A DNA stretch of 64,000 bases. Origin: Mizuhopecten yessoensis (Eukaryota). Within the stretch, counting starts at the first letter, position 1; each line of letters starts with the position of its first letter. The notes beneath the pieces are model-generated. The model ran no database searches and was not told where the DNA came from. It saw only the letters and a list, made by a program, of their open reading frames with translations. The stretch covers positions 369,293-433,292 of the forward strand of contig NW_018408879.1 in assembly GCF_002113885.1 (NCBI RefSeq), written 5' to 3'. The translations under genes and the position numbers were made by a program. Of this stretch, positions 52,201 through 64,000 are shown piece by piece.

Positions 52201-55200
52201 CACTAGAGGGTTACCGTGGTAACATATATCCGGGGTTATTCTACCTACACTAGGCACAAGGTTACCGAGGTAACATGTGTCCGGGGTTATTGTACCTTCA
52301 CTAGGTATATGGTTACAGTGGTAACATGTACCGGGGTTATTGTACTTACACTAGGGACAGGGTTACTGTGGTAACATGTGTCCATGGTTATTGTACCTAC
52401 ACTAGAAAGTGTCCCGGGTAATTGTACCTACACTAGGTACAGGATTACTGTGGTAACATGTGTCCATGATTATTGTACCTACATTAGACACAAGGTACAG
52501 GGTTGCCGTGGACGCATGTGTCCGGGGTTATTGTTACTACATTTGACACAAAGTTACGGTGGTACCATGTGTCCGGGTTATTGTACCTTCACTAGGTATA
52601 TGGTTACAGTGGTAACATGTACCGGGGTTATTGTACTTACACTAGGTACAGGGTAACTGTGGTAACATGTGTCTTAGGTACAGGGTTACTTTGGTAACAT
52701 GAGTCCAGGGTTATTGTACCTACACTAGGTAGAGGGTTACCGTGGTAACATGTGTCCAGGTTTGTTTTACCTACTTTAGGTATATGGTTACTGTGGTAAC
52801 ATGTGTACGGTGTTATTGTACCTACACTAGGTATATGGTTACCGTGGTAAAATATATCCGGAGTTATTGTACCTACACTAGGCACAAGTTTACCGTGGTA
52901 ACATGTGTCCGGGTTTATTGTACCTACACTAGGAACAGTGCTACTGTGGTAACATGTGTCCAGGATTATTGTACCTACACTAGGCACAGGGGAACTGTGG
53001 TAACATTTGTCCAGGGATATTTTACCTACACTAGACACATAGTTACCGTGGTAACATGGGTCATGCGTTATTGTACCTACACAAGGTACAGGGTTACTGT
53101 GGTAACAGGTGTCCATGGTTATTGTACCTACACTAGAAGCAGAGTTACTGTGGCAAAAAAAATCCGGGGATATTGTACCTACACTAGACGCAGAGTTACT
53201 ATGGTAACATGTGTTCATGGTTATTGTACCTACACAAGGTAAATGGTGACCGTGGTAACATGTGTCCTGGGGTATTGTTCCTACACTAGGAATATGGTTA
53301 CCGAGGTAACATGTGTCCGGGTTTATTGTACCTACACTAGGTAGAGGGTTACTATAGTAGCATGTGTACAGGGTTACTGTTCCTACACTAGGTACAGGGT
53401 TACTAGGTAGAGGGTTACTATAGTAGCATGTGTACAGGGTTACTGTACCTACACTAGGTACAGGGTTACCGTGGTAACATGTGTCCAGGTTTCTTGTACC
53501 TACACAAGGTATATGGTTACCTTGGTAACATGTGTTNCATATATCCGGGGTTATTTTACCTACGTTAGGTATATGGTTACTGTGGTAACATGTGTACGGG
53601 GTTATTGTACCTACACTAGGTATATGGTTACCGTGGTAACGTGTGTCCTGGGTTATTTTACCTACAGTAGGTATATGGTTACCGTGGTAACATATATCCG
53701 GGGTTATTGTACCTACACTAGGCACAAGGTTACCGTGGTAACATGTATCCGGGGTTATTGTACCTACACTAGGTACAGGGTTACCGTGGTAACATGTGTC
53801 CAGGTTTATTGTACCTACATTAAACACAAGGTATATGGTTACCGTGGTAACATGTGTCCAGGTTTGTTTTACCTACTTTAGGTATATGGTTACCTTGGTA
53901 ACAGTGTCGGGGGTAATTGTACCTACATTAGGTATATGGTTACCATGGTAACATGTGTCCATGTTTATTGTACCTACATTAGACACAAGGTACAGGGTTG
54001 CCGTGGTAGCATGTGTCCGGGGTTATTGTTACTACATTTGACACAAAGTTACGGTGGTAACATGTGTCCGGGTTATTGTACTTACACTAGGTATATGATT
54101 ACCGTGGTAACGTGTGTCCGGGGTTATTGTACTTCACTAGAGGGTTACCGTGGTAACATATATCCGGTGTTATTGTACCTAAACTAGGAATATGGTTAAC
54201 GTGGTTACATGTGTCCGGGGTTATTGTACCTACGCTAGGTACAGGGTTACTGTGGTACCATGTGTCTAGGGTAATTATACCTACACTAGGCACAGGGTTA
54301 CTGTGGTAACATGTGTTATGGTTACCTTGGTAACATGTGTCGGGGGTAATTGTACCTACATTAGGTATATGGTTACCTTGGTACCATGTGTCGGGGGTAA
54401 TTGTACCTACATTAAGTATATGGCTACCGTGGTAACATGTGTCCAGGTTTATTGTACCTACATTAAACACAAGGGATATGGTTACCGTGGTAACATGTGT
54501 CCGGGGTTATTGTACTACTGTGGTAACATGTGTCTAGGGTAATTATACCTACACTAGGCACAGGGTTACTGTGGTAACATGTGTCCATGATTATTGTACC
54601 TACACTAGAAACAGGGTTACTGTGGCAAAAATAATCCGGGGATATTGTACATACACTAGACGCAGAGTTACTATGGGAACATGTGTCCATGGTTATTGTA
54701 CCTGCACTAGAAACAGGGTTACTGTGGCAAAAATAATCCGGGGATATTGTACCTACACTAGACGCAGAGTTACTATGGTAACATGTGTCCATGGTTATTG
54801 TACCTACACTAGGTACAGGGTAACTGTGCTAACATTTATCCAGGGATATTGTACCTACACTAGACACAGGGTTACCGTGGTAACATGAGCCCTGGGTTAT
54901 TGTACCTACACTACTAGGTACAGGGTAACTGTGGTAACATTTGTCCAGGGATATTTTACCTACACTAGACATATATTTACCGTGGTAACATGAGCCCTGG
55001 GTTATTGTACCTACACAAGGTACAGGGTTATTGTGGTAACATGTGTCTAGGGTAATTATACCTACACTAGACAAAGGGATACTGTGGTAACGTGTGTCCG
55101 GGGTCATTGTATCTACACAAGGTACAGGGTTACTGTGGTAACATATGTCCAGGGTTATTGTACCTACACTGCTAGGTACAGGGTAACTGTGGTAACATTT

Positions 55201-58200
55201 GTCCAGGGATATTGTAGCTACACTAGACACAGAGTTACCGTGGTAACATGAGCCCTGGGTTATTGTACCTACACAAGGTACAGGGTTCCTGTGGTAACAT
55301 TTGTCCATGTTTATTGTACCTACATTAGACACAAGGTACAGGGTTGCCGTGGTAACATGTGTCCGGGGTTATTGTTACTACATTAGACACAAAGTTACGG
55401 TGGTAACATGTGTCGGGGTTATTGTACCTTCACTAGGTATATGGTTACCGTGGTAATATGTGTCCGGGGTTATTGTACTTACACTAGGTACAGGGTTACT
55501 GTGGTAACATGTGTCTAGGGTAATTATACCTACACTAGGCACAGGGTTACCGTGGTAACATGAGCCCTGGGTTATTGAACCTACACTACTAAGTACAGGG
55601 TAACTGTGGTAACATTTGTCCAGGGATATTTTACCTACACTAGACACATAGTTACCGTGGTAACATGGGTCATGGGTTATTGTACCTACACAAGGTACAG
55701 GGTTACTGTGGTAACATGTGTCCATGGTTATTGTACCTACACTAGAAACAGAGTTACTGTGGCAAAAAAAATCCGGGGATATTGTACCTACACTAGACGC
55801 AGAGTTACTATGGTAACATATATCCGGGGTTATTGTACCTACACTAGGTATATGGTTACCGTGGTAACATGTGTCCGGGGTTATTGTACCTACACTAGGT
55901 ACAGGGTTACCATGTTAACATATATCTGGGGTTATTGTACCTACACTAGGTACAGGATTACCATGTTAACATATATCTTGGGTTATTGTACCTACACTAG
56001 GTACAGGGTTACCATGTTAACATATATCTCGGGTTATTGTACCTACACTAGGGCCAGGATTACCGTGTTAACATATATAGGGGTTATTGTGCCTATACTA
56101 GGTATATTTTTAACATGTGCCCGGGGTTATTGTACTTACACTAGGTACAGGGTTACTGTGGTAACATGTGTCCATGATTATTGTACCTACACTAGAAACA
56201 TTGTTACTGTAGTAACATATGTCCGGGGATATTGTACCTACACGAGACGCAGAGTAACTGTGGTAACATGTGTCCAGGGTTATTGTACCTACACTAGGTA
56301 CAAGGTTACTGTGTTAACATGTGTCTAGGTTTTTATACCTACACTAGACACAGAGTTACTATGATAACATGTGTTCATGGTTATTGTACCTACACAAGGT
56401 AAATGGTGACCGTGGTAACATGTGTCCTGGGGTATTGTTCCTACACTAGGAATATGGTTACCGTGGTAACATGTGTCCGGGTTTATTGTACCTACACTAG
56501 GTACATAGTTACTGTGGTTACATATATCCGGGGTTATTTTACCTACGATAGGTATATGGTTACTGTTGTAACATGTGTCCTGGGTTATTGTACCTACACT
56601 AGGTATATGGTTACCGTGGTAAAATATATCCGGAGTTATTGTACCTACACTAGGCACAATGTTACCGTGGTAACGTGTGTCCGGGGTTATTGTACTTCAC
56701 TAGAGGGTTACCGTGGTAACATATATCCGGTGTTATTGTACCTACACTAGGAATATGGTTAACGTGGTTACATGTGTCCGGGGTTATTGTACCTACACTA
56801 GGTACAGGGTTACCGTGGTAACATGTGTCCAGGTTTGTTGTACCTACACTAGGTATACGGTTACCTTAGTAACATGTGTCTTGGGTTATTGTACCTACAT
56901 TAGGTATATGGTTACCGTGGTAACATGTGTCAAGGTTTATTGTACCTACATTAGGTATATGGTTACCTTGGTAACATGTGTCAGGGGTTATTGTACCTAC
57001 ATTAGGTATATGGTTACCGTGTTAACATGTGTCCGGGGTTATTGTAACAACATTAGACACAAAGTTACGGTGGTAACATGTGTCTTGGGTTATTGTACTT
57101 ACACTAGGTATATGGTTACCGTGTTAACATTTATTCATGTTTATTGTACATACATTAGACACAAGGTCTATGGTTACCGTGGTAACTTGTGTCAAGGTTT
57201 ATTGTACATACATTAGACACAAGGTACAGGGTTGCCGTGGTAACATGTGTCCTGGTTTGTTGTACCTACACTAGGTAGACGGTTACCTTAGTAACATGGG
57301 TCTTGGGTTATTGTACTTACACTAGGTACAGGGTTACCATGTTAACATATACGGTTACCTTAGTAATATGTGTCTTGGGTTATTGTACTTACACTAGGTA
57401 CAGGGTTACTGTGGTTACATGTGTCCATGTTTATTGTACCTACATTAGGTATATGGGTACCTTGGTAACGTGTGTTGGGGGTATTGTACCTACATTAGGT
57501 ATATGGTTCCCGTGGTAACATGTGTCTAGGGTTATTATACCTACACTAGACAAAGGGGTACTGTGGTAACGTGTGTCCGGGGTTATTGTATCTACACAAG
57601 GTACAGGGTTACTGTGGTTACATGTGTCCATGTTTATTGTACCTACACTAGGAATATGGTTAACGTGGTTACATGTGTCCGGGGTTATTGTAACTACATT
57701 AGACACAAAGTTACGGTGGTAACATGTGTCTTGGGTTATTGTACTTACACTAGGTATATGGTTACCGTGGTAACATGTGTCCGGGGTTATTGTACCTTCA
57801 CTAGGTATATGGTTACCGTGGTTACAGGTGTCCGGGGTTATTGTACTTACACAAGGTATATGGTTACCGTGGTAACATGTGTCCGGGGTTATTGTACTTA
57901 CACTAGGTACATGGTTACTGTGGTAACATGTGTCTAGGGTAATTATACCTTCACTAGACAAAGCGGTACTGTGGTAACGTGTGTCCGGGGTTATTGTATC
58001 TACACAAGGTACAGGGTTACTGTGGTAACATTTGTCCAGGGATATTGTAACTACATTAGACACAAAGTTACGGTGGTAGCATGTGTCCGGGTTATTGTAC
58101 CTTCACTAGGTATATGGTTACCGTGGTTACAGGTGTCCGGGGTTATTGTACTTACACAAGGTACACGGTTACTGTGGTAACATGTGTCTAGGGTATTTGT

Positions 58201-59101
58201 ACCTACACTAGGCACAGGGTTACTGTGGTAACATGTCTCCAGGGTAATTGTACCTACACTAGGTACAGGGTAACTGTGGTAACATGTGTCTTGGGTTATT
58301 GTACCTACACTAGACACAGAGTTACCGTGGTAACATGAGCCCTGGGTTATTGTACCTACACTAGGTACAGGGTTACCATGTTAACATATATCTGGGGTTA
58401 TTGTAACAACACTAGGTACAGGATTACCGTGTTATCATATATCGGGGTTATTGTGCCTATGCTAGGCACAGTGTTACCATGTTAACATATATCTGGGGTT
58501 ATTGTACCTACACTAGGTACAGGGTTACCATGTTAACATATATCTGGGGTTATTGTACCTATACTAGGTATATTGTTACCGTGCTAACATGTGCCCGGGG
58601 TTATTGTACCTACACTAGGTACAGGGTTACCGTGGTAACATGTGTCCATGATTATTGTACGTACACTAGAAACATTGTTACTGTAGTAACATATATCCGG
58701 GGATATTGTACCTACACTAGACGCAGAGTTACTGTGGTAACATGTGTCCAGGGTTATTGTACCTACACTAGGTACAAGGTTACTGTGTTAACATGTGTCT
58801 AGGGCAATTGTACCTACACTAGGAATATGGTTACCGTGGTAGCATGTGTCCGGGTTTATTGTACCTACATTAGACACAAGGTACAGGGATACTGTACCTA
58901 CATTAGGCACATGGTTACCGTGGTAACATATATTCGGGGTTATTGTACCTACATTAGGCACAGGGTTACCGTGGTAACATATATTCGGGGTTATTGTACC
59001 TACACTAGGCACAGGGTTACCGTGGTAACATATATCCGGGGTTATTGTACCTACGCAAGGTATATGGTTACCGTGGCACTAGGCACAGGGTTACCGTGGT
59101 A
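49207..59101. repeat. ~10 kb satellite array of 51-bp monomers (GGGTTATTGTACCTACACTAGGTACAGGGTTACTGTGGTAACATGTGTCCA), about 190 copies
   Basis: 51 bp = 17 codons, which explains the repetitive GYCTYTRYRVTVVTCV / VGTITPDTCYHGN ORFs; frequent frameshifts; an N at 53537. Confidence 0.97.
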
Positions 59102-61305
59102 TTTGCACTAATGTGTATGTGTATTAGCTTTTTTTTAAACTAATATTCTAGAGACATCGACGAGTGTATACCAGAGAATAGTAGGTTTCGTTATGTGACT
59201 GAAATGATATCACCAAGACCCACTGAGCGGTTGTTTAAACTAAATACTCAAAAAATATACTTAATTTGACATTTTTTTCCTGGTCCAAGGTCGAGTCACA
59301 ATGTAAAATTCCACAATTCTAAAAGTGGTTGAGTAATGTAGCTTCCACGATTTTCGTTTCGTGTGTAACTTTATTAGCCCTAAATCCGCGCTACGTTTGG
59401 GGTTGCTTTGTTACCTTATTACAGCAGTCGAGCGTAAGGACTTCCACAACATAATCGGACTTATGCTCTCTGTCACCAGATATGGATATCATTTCGGTTT
59501 TAGTCATCGAGTCCATTATAGCATGTATATAATTGGTGTTTGAAGGTAAGGTTTTAAATGTTTTATTAATAGTAAGTAGTGCGTGTGATCACCTTACTAT
59601 CTAAAGCCGTCCTTCACTCTTGTAATCTTACAATACTATATAATACCAAACTGTTTCTCAGTACAAAACATTGATCATGAAATGGTAGGCTTAGTTAAAA
59701 AGAGAATTAACTTAAGAAGTTGAGAGATCACAATGAAGGAAAAACGACCCGCTAACTACCGGCCATAGGTCCGCGCTGTTCTGGCAATTAACACCAATTC
59801 CGTTCGATTACATTTTGTAGATCTATGCTTGCTTTCAGCTCATTTGCTTAAAAAATGACTTCACAGGTGCATCTCTTAAAAAAGCACCCTGAAATATCAA
59901 AATATCGTCTTGTCTGATCAAATGATTGAGTCCCCAATGATGTCAGTTAAGTCAAGATAACGGAAGTTGACCGATTTTGATTCAATTTCTCATTGATTGC
60001 TTCGAAGACATATAGTTAGTATACCCCTAAAATACAATAGAAACGTTTTAGACATTATGACGTATACAATTAGCAAGACACAGAAACGAACGCACCGAAC
60101 ATTTACACATTTAACATCATTGGCGATGGACAACATTACGAAGTTAGATTACAGGAATTCTTATTGTAATAATTAAATGATGTAAGTGTATAATATCCTG
60201 TCATATAAATGGGATTTAGGTCGTGTAACAATACGATTATATATACATATCCCTGTCATATATCTTGTGTAGTACTTTTATCATAATTCAGATTCATCTG
60301 TTATAATAATTAACCGACGTGGATATTGCACACTTAACAATTATGCGGAACCGGGGATGAGAAATAGTTGAAAATAGTTTGACGATCAATACAGGGAGCT
60401 GAATGGTCTCGGGGTGTGCGATTCGGTTATATGTTATCCCTTCGACGCCTAGGGAAGCAGTGAAGGTGGGCGAAGTCAGGAAGATGTGGAGGCGGCGGAA
60501 AAAACACGTCTTTCTGTTCAAGTCTTTAGCCGAAGAGGAATAGAAACGACACATGACAACAGTGGCACAGGTACACGTACTGTACATGTATACATAACAC
60601 ATACATTCTATACAAAGACACGAATGACGCGGGAACGGAACCCGGATTCCGAACATAATCGGACGAATCTATAAGACAAAATAGATATATAACAGAACAA
60701 GTATGACGCATTTAATTAAATATAGATTATTTTCTCCATTTCTCCGCTCCACTATGATATTCTTCCTCTCGCTAGGAGGTCTATCCCCATCGAAACGTTC
60801 AGCGTTTACACGTTTTAGGGGTTAAGATTAACTTTCGGTAAAAATACCACCAATGATGATATACATGTATTACGATTGTTCGACATCGAGAGCTTTCCTC
60901 CCTTCTCGTATACATCATACTTTTTACCGAAGGCTGATTTAAATCCCTCAAATTTCAACATTACTCTGAACACCTTAGCATAGGCTCAACTATAGCTGAA
61001 ACATATGTTCGATCTAAAGAATAGGATATTTCCTTCTGAAGATCCAAGTCCGGTGTTCGGGGGTCGGAACCTGGACTTTGGTGCGATAAATATTTGCCAT
61101 ACAGAACTGTTACAAAGTCTGTCCTGTCCTGTCCTAAGAAAACAATCGTCATCAATCTAACGGTTGTGACGTTTAACAGGAAAACTATAAAACCTGCGGT
61201 CTACCTGTGTGTTGGTGCTATATATGGGCGATTAACTTCACTCAAGTAAACCAGACGAATGAATCACACATACGCCAGCTAAAACAATTCACCGACATAT
61301 CAAAT

Positions 61306-61339
61306 ACAAGAAGTCCTAAGGGCCTGTATCCGTCACTTG
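61306..61339 (-). mobile_element. Degenerate 3' terminus of a HINE-type element
   Basis: ACAAGAAGTCCTAAGGGCCTGTATCCGTCACTTG resembles the reverse complement of the 3' end seen at 19245-19279; the other end was not located. Confidence 0.4.
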
Positions 61340-62703
61340 TTCAGCAATGCTGTATCTCACGTCTGCAAAGTACTGAAGGTACTTATGGAGAAGGGATTTG
61401 GAGGTTTCAAAACCTAACATAACAGAACAAACAATCAACTCGGGGCTGCCTAGGCCCCTATGTAACAAACCAAGGACCGCGCTGGGGGATCACGATGCTT
61501 GTTTTCCTTAACCATTTCAAGACATGCATCAACGTAAACATTTATGTTCGTTTTGTTTGTGATGCTGCTACGGCTTGGGCAATGAAGAGGAGGGATTCGT
61601 AGTTTCAGATAATTTCTGCATCCTGAGGTTTGTTATATTTTATAAAGACCACTTCTGTGCAAACTCATATTAAGTCACTTGCACATCACCATCGTTCTCT
61701 TGTGTTCGGAGCCCAAGACGTGCAAATACATTTTTTCTGAATTGCATGGCAACAAATCGCTGTACTGCGTACAGACTTATCCTACGATAGGTTATTTCGT
61801 GGGAACGAAATAGTATTGCGTGGAAAAGAGATAGTATGTATTTTATTTATCCCGGGTCGCCGGCTTACTCCCAGTCCTAGTATTATCTAGGATTGCCCTC
61901 ACTGTACCAGGTAGCATGCGCCGAGTCGGCATATTACATAATGCGGAACTCGACCGAGCTTTATCGGACATATTTGATTTCTACTGCATGTGTTAGTTAA
62001 AAGCAATTCTGCCCTGAACGTATTGCTCAAGTATGCATGCACGATATTCATTACAAGGAATGATGGCAGAGGTTAAATTGGATTATATTAAAAGCATTTA
62101 AACGAACACCCGCTTGACTTCAATGGAGAACCCCCATTTTTATTTGCCATAGATACCTGTACGTGCCCCGTTTACCGTGACACGCCGTATATTTACATTC
62201 TATTTAAATATAAGAAACTATCTGAGAAGTTTTGTTATGTTATGTACAGTATATGAACAAACTAGCAGTTATGGAGGGATGGAGGAGTCAAATGAACCTC
62301 ACTGATATTTGTATATCCTAACTAAAACCCTCAAGAAGCCTCAATTCTAGCTAACGAGCTTTCCTTCGTGGCACAAATCTGCAAAGTATCTGCGAAAGGA
62401 AGTATTATGACCCCTACACTATTTTAAGGGGTACCGGAAGCCCGATGTTGGTAAAATGAGATTCGTTTGTTAGCTTTGACCGTCCGTATTTTTTCTCCTC
62501 GGAATGCAACCAAGTCAACATAACGTATCTATATGCCAAAACATTTCCTTGGGGACCGTATAGCGAAGAGTATAGGCATTGGGACCGGTTACCGGTAGTT
62601 CCGCTTTATTAGTTAATGCGTCTAGAACAAACAGGAAATAGCTATATTTCGTCTGAGGAAGTTAGATCACGTGACTACGTGAAGAGACAAAGCTAATCTA
62701 AGA

Positions 62704-63176
62704 AGATTTAGTAACGTTTTCTTATCGGTTATATCTGTCTACCGGGACACTAACGGTAGATTTAGTAACGTTTTCTTATCGGTTATATCTGTCTACCGGG
62801 ACACTAACGGTAGATTTAGTAACGTTTTCTTATCGGTTATATCTGTCTACCGGGACACTAACGGTAGATTTAGTAACATTTTCTTATCGGTTATATCTGT
62901 CTACCGGGACACTAACGGTAGATTTAGTAACGTTTTCTTATCGGTTATATCTGTCTACCGGGACACTAACGGTAGATTTAGTAACGTTTTCTTATCGGTT
63001 ATATCTGTCTACCGGGACACTAACGGTAGATTTAGTAACGTTTTCTTATTGGTTATATCTGTCTACCGGGACACTAACGGTAGATTTAGTAACGTTTTCC
63101 TATCGGTTAAATCTGTCTACCGGGACACTAACGGTAGATTTAGTAACGTTTTCTTATCGGTTAAATCTGTCTACCG
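62704..63176. repeat. 54-bp minisatellite, about 8.8 near-identical copies (AGATTTAGTAACGTTTTCTTATCGGTTATATCTGTCTACCGGGACACTAACGGT)
   Basis: Exact 54-bp period (62704, 62758, ...), only a few substitutions. Confidence 0.97.
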
Positions 63177-63649
63177 TTTACCTATCTTTAGATATTAAAC
63201 TGATATGTTGATGTGTTATCCCTGTCAGCTGTCTAACAGGACACATCACTTGTCTCTGTCACCCCGTCACTTTAAGAATTTGAAGGTCAAATCTTAAAGT
63301 CACCACCAATCACATACGTAGGCAAAGACAAATTTATACACACGTTTATATGTGTTATTTTGTTTGTGAATCGAGTGTTACCACACCGTTCTGTGTTACA
63401 GGCCGTTGTCTGAAACACCTGGCAATATGTATCACCATTTCTCAACAAATGAAACTAATTGTATTCGGAAAATCCACAACTGAAGAACCAAACGAGAGAT
63501 CTCGCCGACTAGAATGACGAGTTGTACCGGAAGTGCACTTTAAATGATACTTAACAGGTGAACAGGTCGTGAATATATTAAATCTGTCCATTGTCATAGT
63601 GTGTTGACACGGTGTCCTTCGCATTAAAGCCATTCTGGTATTTGTGGAG

Positions 63650-63717
63650 GATAGATAGATAGATAGATAGATAGATGGATAGATAGATAAAATAGATAGA
63701 TAGATAGACAGACAGAC
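63650..63717. repeat. (GATA)n/(GACA)n microsatellite
   Basis: Direct reading. Confidence 0.95.
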
Positions 63718-64000
63718 TGGCGGGTAACTTTACATAACACTGTATAAGGCAATACAACCCTAATACGTATACCATAACTACATATAGGATCTACACAGCT
63801 CTATCAGTAGAGACTGAAACTGATGTATATTGCGATTTCCGTCTGACAAACTGTCACACTCATTATTTGCGACGGAGTGGAATGTAACATCACACGTTAT
63901 TCCGGAAACATTTTCGCTCGTTCACTATATTTTAAACAGACAATAAAATACTTATAATCTAATTCATATTTCATTGTTACATTTTTAACGCACATGTCTT

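Noticed and set aside
49345-59111. Long repetitive ORFs on both strands (up to 396 aa at 52637..53827)
   Set aside because: Artefact of a 51-bp (17-codon) monomer; open on both strands, repeatedly frameshifted, no evident gene structure
60294-60711. Possible neighbouring gene exon (overlapping ORFs, CpG-rich; minus-strand peptide KDVFFPPPPHLPDFAHLHCFPRRRRDNI*)
   Set aside because: No recognisable homology and only weak splice signals; cannot be supported
62704-63176. CRISPR-like array of hairpin repeats
   Set aside because: No unique spacers, no cas genes, eukaryotic context; it is a plain tandem repeat

Overview
AT-rich animal genomic DNA, most likely from a bivalve mollusc (inferred from the repeat types). 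It holds one complete multi-exon gene on the + strand, a STAR-family KH RNA-binding protein orthologous to Quaking (QKI)/Held out wings (how). The ATG is at 5477, coding exons run to 37414 (main isoform 328 aa), and a probable ~4.5 kb terminal 3'UTR exon spans 40505 to ~44975. The most notable structure is a tandemly duplicated pair of 118-nt exons (30647-30764 and 30878-30995), each encoding a full QUA2 RNA-binding helix. One reads like vertebrate QKI, the other like Drosophila HOW. Their phases make them obligatorily mutually exclusive, and the 113-nt intron between them can fold into a hairpin with a Quaking-type motif (ACUAAC) in its loop. The gene also shows several alternative C-termini, tandem acceptors and ACUAAY motifs near its splice sites and in the 3'UTR, suggesting autoregulation. 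It is flanked by a 31-bp satellite (1-~2155) and a ~10 kb 51-bp satellite (~49207-59101) that share a core in inverted orientation, plus a 54-bp minisatellite. Introns carry MITEs and a Helentron-type non-autonomous element. Nearly all ORFs in the supplied track are spurious. Comparisons to human, fly and worm proteins are from memory, not from a database search.
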